64,000 nt of DNA from Chrysomallon squamiferum (taxonomy: Eukaryota; Animalia; Mollusca), in contig CM022667.1 in assembly GCA_012295275.1 (NCBI GenBank), positions 11,594,001-11,658,000 of the forward strand, in the 5' to 3' direction. The translations under genes and the position numbers were made by a program. A model generated the notes under the pieces. That model saw nothing but the letters and a program-made list of their open reading frames with translations, did not search any database and was not told where the DNA came from. Positions 58,886-64,000 of this stretch are shown here, piece after piece (position 1 is the stretch's first letter; each line of letters starts with the position of its first letter).

Positions 58886-59256
58886 ATGTATGTATGTATG
58901 TGTGTGTGTATATATATATATATATATTATTCTGAGTCTATTTTTAAAAGGACAGCGTCAATTTTTTGAAGCACGTTGGGTCTTCATTTCTTTCTTAAAT
59001 CATATCAAACAATATTGATCATAATACTGTAACAGCAACAACAACAACAATATAAAAACTATAACATCAGACCAACAACAGCAGCAAAAGAAGAAAAACA
59101 CGAATACTTTCTTTTAGAAGATTTATTTCTGCTTTAAAAGAAATAAAGAAAAAAATTTAAAGAAGGAAAGACAAAAAAAAAAAAAAGAAGAAAAGAATTT
59201 GAAAAAAAGAAAATCAGTGATGAAGCTAAACACGAATCGACTGATTTTTTTTCTGC

Positions 59257-59742
59257 TCAGTAGAATCTCGCTCTGAATCTGCAGTTACGAGGGCACATGC
59301 CGTAGCACTCCTCGTCCATTTGGCAGTCGTCGTCGTCGAAACATTCGTCCCGGTCGTCGCAGTCGGTGTCGACACCGCAAACCCCCACACACCTAACTGT
59401 AAATAGCAATACAACACACGTGAATGCATAACACAAACACACCTAACTGTAAATAACAATACAACACACGTGAATACATAACACAAACACACCTAACTGT
59501 AAATAACAATACAACACACGTGAATACATAACACACATATTTATACAAATATTTAACATAAACACTCTTAACTGTAAATAGCGACATAGTTTACATATAT
59601 CATAACACAAACAGACTTAACTGTAAATAACAACAGCGTTACATATGTAGATATATATACCACAAACAGGCTGAACTGTAAATAACAGTTTCGCGTTTGA
59701 CTATATATGTATGTGTTTCCACATATGCATGCACACACACAG

Positions 59743-59782
<40 letters not shown>

Positions 59783-60390
59783 CATAGACACATTTTACTG
59801 ATCTATACATTATATATTTTAACAGAGGCAGGTGTAGATGTATACAGATACAGACAAATGAAGATTTTTGTGTTGATTTTACAACATGGATTACCTGGTC
59901 CGTGCATCCGCACAGGGACTGGTATGCGCTGGGTAACCATGGCTACGTTTGCCTTGGTTGTCGGACCAGCTGGAGCTAGCTTTTGTAGCAGACCAGCAGA
60001 GTCCACGCTGACAGCCAGTAAAGCAACAACCTGCAGAAATAAAGCTTCAAATCAGAAATAAAGCTGCAAGTCAGAAATAAAGCTTCAAATCAGAAATAAT
60101 GTTTCAAATCACAAATAAAGCTGCAAGTCAGAAATAAAGCTTCAAGTCAGAAATAAAGTTTCAAATCAGAAATAATGCTTCAAATCAGAAATAAAGTTTC
60201 AAGTCAGAAATAAAGTTTTCAAATCAGAAATAAAGTTTCAAGTCAGAAATAAAGCTTCAAATCAGAAACAAAGCTGCAAATCAGAATTAATCTCTCTCTG
60301 GCTCTTTCTCACTGTGTATGTATTATTTGTGAGTGTGTGTGTGTGTGTGTGAGTGTGTGTGTCTTTCTCTCTCTTTTTCGCTCTGTCTCT

Positions 60391-60466
<76 letters not shown>

Positions 60467-60709
60467 TTATTTCATTATTTATTTTTTTATTTTACTTTTT
60501 ATTTTACTTTTTATTTTATTTTATTTTTTTTTTTTTTTTTTTACTTTCTATTTTACTTTTATTTTACTTTTTATTTTACTTTTTTTTATTTATTTATTTA
60601 TTTATTTATTTATTTCATTATGTCTTAATTAGTTTATTTATTTATTTATTTATTTATTTATTTCATTATGTATTAATTAGTTTATTTATTTATGTATTTA
60701 TGTATCCAT

Positions 60710-60740
<31 letters not shown>

Positions 60741-61329
60741 CTTATTTGACTGATTAACTAGTTGGTTGTTTACCTAACCTATTTAAGGTTATTTTACTTT
60801 TTGACAACTGAACGAGAAAGATAGCAAAACGGAATATAGCTTGAGTTAATTCAGAGACAATTTCAGACTGTCAAACTTTACTAAAAATAAAGAAACATTT
60901 AAAACAGTTTACTAAAAATGTATTTTAAATATATATCTAAGCTATTCATTTTTCCCGGTAGATTATGATTTTAAAAGTGAATAATTAAAAAAAATGTCTT
61001 TGTATTTGGAAAAGTTGTTAACAGCTTGACAATAAACCTTCGAGAAAAATAAAATAATATACAAGAATTTGGAAATATAATGAATATTCCTAAAGTTTCT
61101 TTTAATAATAATAATAAAAAGAAGAAGAAGAAGAAGAAGAAAAACAAGAAGACGAAGAAGAAGATGATGATGATCATCATCATCATCATCATCATCATCA
61201 TGAATTTAAGTAATTGTTTTAAACTAAATAAAAAGAAAAGATGTTTTAAAACCATCTGGATGTTAAGAGAACGTATTTAAAATATTTAAAAGGCAATCTT
61301 ACCAGAAGAACAGTTAGGAAACCCGACAT
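59257..61329 (-). CDS. Gene F: secreted protein with C-terminal acidic 8-Cys (WAP-like) domain, ~100 aa, 3 exons
   Basis: Exons 61329-61303 (MSGFLTVLL), 60030-59895 (VVALLAVSVDSAGLLQKLAPAGPTTK..PVPVRMHGP) and 59396-59257 (VRCVGVCGVDTDCDDRDECFDDDDCQMDEECYGMCPRNCRFRARFY*). Phases 0 and 1. Confidence 0.85.
59388..59540. repeat. 50-bp tandem repeat, 3 copies, spanning the gene F exon-3 acceptor
   Basis: acctaactgtaaata recurs at 59391, 59441 and 59491; degenerate copies continue to about 59690. Confidence 0.85.
60034..60288. repeat. ~19-bp tandem repeat (cagaaataaagcttcaaat) abutting the gene F exon-2 acceptor
   Basis: About 13 copies; the unit includes the polypyrimidine tract tttatttctg on the minus strand. 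Confidence 0.85.
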
Positions 61330-61394
61330 CCTGATTTTCGTTCAAATTTTCAAAAAGAAAAATCAAGTTGAAGAAAATTTGAAAGTACTCTGCT

Positions 61395-61416
61395 TTCCCC
61401 TTCAATTTATAGTCTG
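61395..61416 (-). promoter_or_regulatory. TATA promoter of gene F
   Basis: Minus strand cagactataaattgaaggggaaa, 77 nt before the ATG; shares AGACTATAAA with genes B and C. Confidence 0.65.
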
Positions 61417-61839
61417 TTAGTACCGGAATATGTCAAAAATATTAAATGAAAATTTATTGCTTTTAAAAAAGTAATCAGTTGACAAATTTGTCAGTCATTT
61501 TAGGAAAATGAACAAGTAAACTTTGTTCTATCGTACTGAAATACATGCATATAATGTGCGTGCATGTGTGTCTAAAAACATATCATTTGCGCCCAGTCAT
61601 TACAAAAGACACAAAGCTGTACAAAAATAGAAAACAATAGGTAATTTATGCACTTAAACGTGTCAAATATTAAAAGGAACAAAGAGTTTAATTGAGTAAT
61701 ATAGAAAAGGTTTATAATTAGATACTGTTGTAATATCAACAAAAAAAAAATATATGAAAATACAAAAGAAAAAAGGAAAGAAAAGAAAACACACAAGAAA
61801 GAAAAACGAAAAAAGAAACTAAAGAAAAAAAAACACGAG

Positions 61840-61877
<38 letters not shown>

Positions 61878-62064
61878 TAACAACAACAATAATGATAATA
61901 ATAATAACAACAACAATAATAATGATTACAATAATAATAATAATATAATAACACCAATAATGATAATAATAATAATAATAATAACAACAATAATGATAAT
62001 AATAATAACAACAACAATAATAATGATTACAATAATAAATATAATAATAATAACTATTTCTCGT

Positions 62065-64000
62065 TTTTGTTGTCATTCTATTGTTGTAGTTTTGGGTTTG
62101 TTTGGTGGTGTTCTTGTTGTTTTCATTATACTGTTGTAGTTTGGGTTTGTTTGGTGTTGTTATTGTTGTTTTCATTCTGTTGCAGTTTTGGTTTGTTTGG
62201 TGTTGTTGTTGTTTTCATTATATTGTTGAAGTTTTGGTTTGTTTGGTGGTTTTGTTGTTTTCATTATACTGTTCTAGTTTTGGTTTGTTTGATGTTGTTG
62301 TTGTTTTCATTATTTTGTAGTTTTGGTTTGTTTGGTGTTGTTGTTGTTTTCATTAAATTGTTGTAGTTTTGGTTTTTGTTTCGTGTTGTTGTTTTCATTC
62401 TGATGTTGTAGTTTAGGATTGTTTGGTGTTGTTGTTTTCATTATATTATTGTAGTTTTGGTTTGTTTGGTATTGTTGTTGTTGTTGTTTTCATTGTATTG
62501 TAGTTTTGGTTTGTTTGGTGTTGTTGTTGTTTTCATTAAATTGTTGTAGTTTAGGATTGTTTGTTGTTGTTGTTGTTTTCATTATATTGTTGTAGTTTTG
62601 GTTTGTTTGGTGTTGTTGTTTTCATTTATTGTTGTAGTGTTAGTTTGTTTGGTGTTGTTGTTGTTTTCATTATATTGTTTAGTTTTGGTTTGTTTGTTGT
62701 TGTTGTTGTTTTCATTATATTGTTGTAGTTTTTGGTTTGTTTTGTTGTTGTTGTTGTTTTCATTAAAGTGTTAGTTTGTTTGGTGGTTTTGTTGTTTTAA
62801 ATCTGATGTTTAGTTTTGGTTTTGTTTGGTGTTGTTGTTGTTTTCATTATCTTGTTGCAGTTTTGGTTTGTTTGGTGTTGTTGTTGTTTTCATTATATTG
62901 TTGTAGTTTTGGTTTGTTTGCTGTTGTTGTTTTCATTATATTGTTTTAGTTTTGGTTTGTTTGGTGGTTTTATTGATTTCATTATATTGTTGTAGTTTTG
63001 GTTTGTTTGGTGGTATTGTTGTTGTTGTTATCGTTATATTGTTGTAGTTTTGGTTTGGTGGTTTTGTTGTTGTTTTCATTATCTTGTTGGAGTTTTGGTT
63101 TGTTTGGTGTTAGTTGTTTTCATTATATTGTTGTAGTTTTGGTTTGTTTGGTGGTTTTGTTGTTGTTTTCATTACATTGTTTTAGTTTTGGTTTGTTTGG
63201 TGGTTTTGTTGTTGTTTTCATTACATTGTTTTAGTTTTGGTCTGTTTGGTGTTGTTTTCATTATATTGTTGTAGTTTTGGTTTGTTTGGTGGTTTTGTTG
63301 TTGTTTTCATTATATTGTTGTAGTTTTGGTCTGTTTGTTGTTGTTTTCATTATATTGTTGTAGTTTTGGTTTGTTTGGTGTTGTTGTTGTTTTCATTATA
63401 TTGTTGTAGTTTTGGTTTGTTTGGTGGTTTTGTTGTTGTTTTCATTCTGTTGTTGTAGTTTTGGTTTGTTTAGTGTTGTTGTTTTCATTACATTGTTGTA
63501 GTTTTGGTTTGTTTGTGCTTTTGTTGTTTTCATTATATTGTTGTAGTTTTGGTTTGTTTGGTGGTGTTGCTGTTGTTTTCAGTCTGATGTTATAGTTTTG
63601 GTTTATTTGGTGTTGTTGTTATTTTCATTATATTACTGTAGTTTTGGTTTGTTTGGTGGTGTTGCTGTTGTTTTCAGTCTGATGTTGTAGTTTTGGTTTA
63701 TTTGGTGTTGTTGTTGTTTTCATTATATTGTTGTAGTTTTGGTTTGTATGGTGTTGTTGTTTTCATTATATTGTTGTAGCTTTGGTTTGTTTCGTGTTGT
63801 TGTTGTTGTTGTTGTTTTCATTATATTGTTGTAGTTTTGGTTTGTTTGGTGTTGTTGTTGTTGTTTTCGTTATACTGTTGTAGTTTTGGTTTGTTTGGTG
63901 TTGTTATCATTCTGTTGTTGTATTTTTAGTTGGTTTGGTGTTGTTGTTGTTGTTGTTGTTTTCATTATATTGTTGTAGTTTTGGTTTATTTGCTGTTGTT
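62065..64000. repeat. Degenerate ~45-bp satellite, running off the window end
   Basis: Unit approximately gttttcattatattgttgtagttttggtttgtttggtgttgttgtt, about 40 copies. Confidence 0.9.

Noticed and set aside
55215-61329. Calling E and F conotoxins or canonical WAP proteins
   Set aside because: Signal peptides are variable while the Cys domain is conserved, the opposite of conotoxin superfamilies, and the WAP CC doublet is absent. No gene symbol assigned.
62067-63234. Hydrophobic ORFs at the window end
   Set aside because: Translations of the ~45-bp satellite.

Overview
Eukaryotic, very AT-rich and microsatellite-dense genomic DNA. It is an invertebrate and probably a mollusc, inferred from gene types and repeat content. 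Almost all entries in the ORF track are simple-repeat artefacts; the real genes are spliced and were assembled by eye from GT-AG exons. (1) 1.8-14.8 kb is a lectin cluster with two intact 4-exon genes for secreted PAN/apple + C-type lectin proteins (3028-5123 +, 9819-11384 -) and two decayed copies, arranged as a duplicated head-to-head pair with reciprocal loss. (2) 15.8-21.7 kb holds LINE and DIRS-like retrotransposon relics and duplicated non-coding blocks. (3) 23.8-61.3 kb holds six secreted-protein genes (A-F) with one shared scaffold: a TATA promoter, a 27-36 nt phase-0 first coding exon that splits the signal peptide, a low-complexity phase-1 exon 2, and an interchangeable 3' module. 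That module is a non-canonical WAP-like 8-Cys domain (A, E, F), a poly-Asp/Glu micro-exon (B, C), or tandemly duplicated Gln/Gly-rich exons giving a ~1350-aa protein (D). This modular cluster, which includes a Lys-hexad protein and a Gln-hexad protein, is the main candidate for an undescribed system (extracellular matrix, shell, adhesive or clot). All gene models are manual and lack transcript support.
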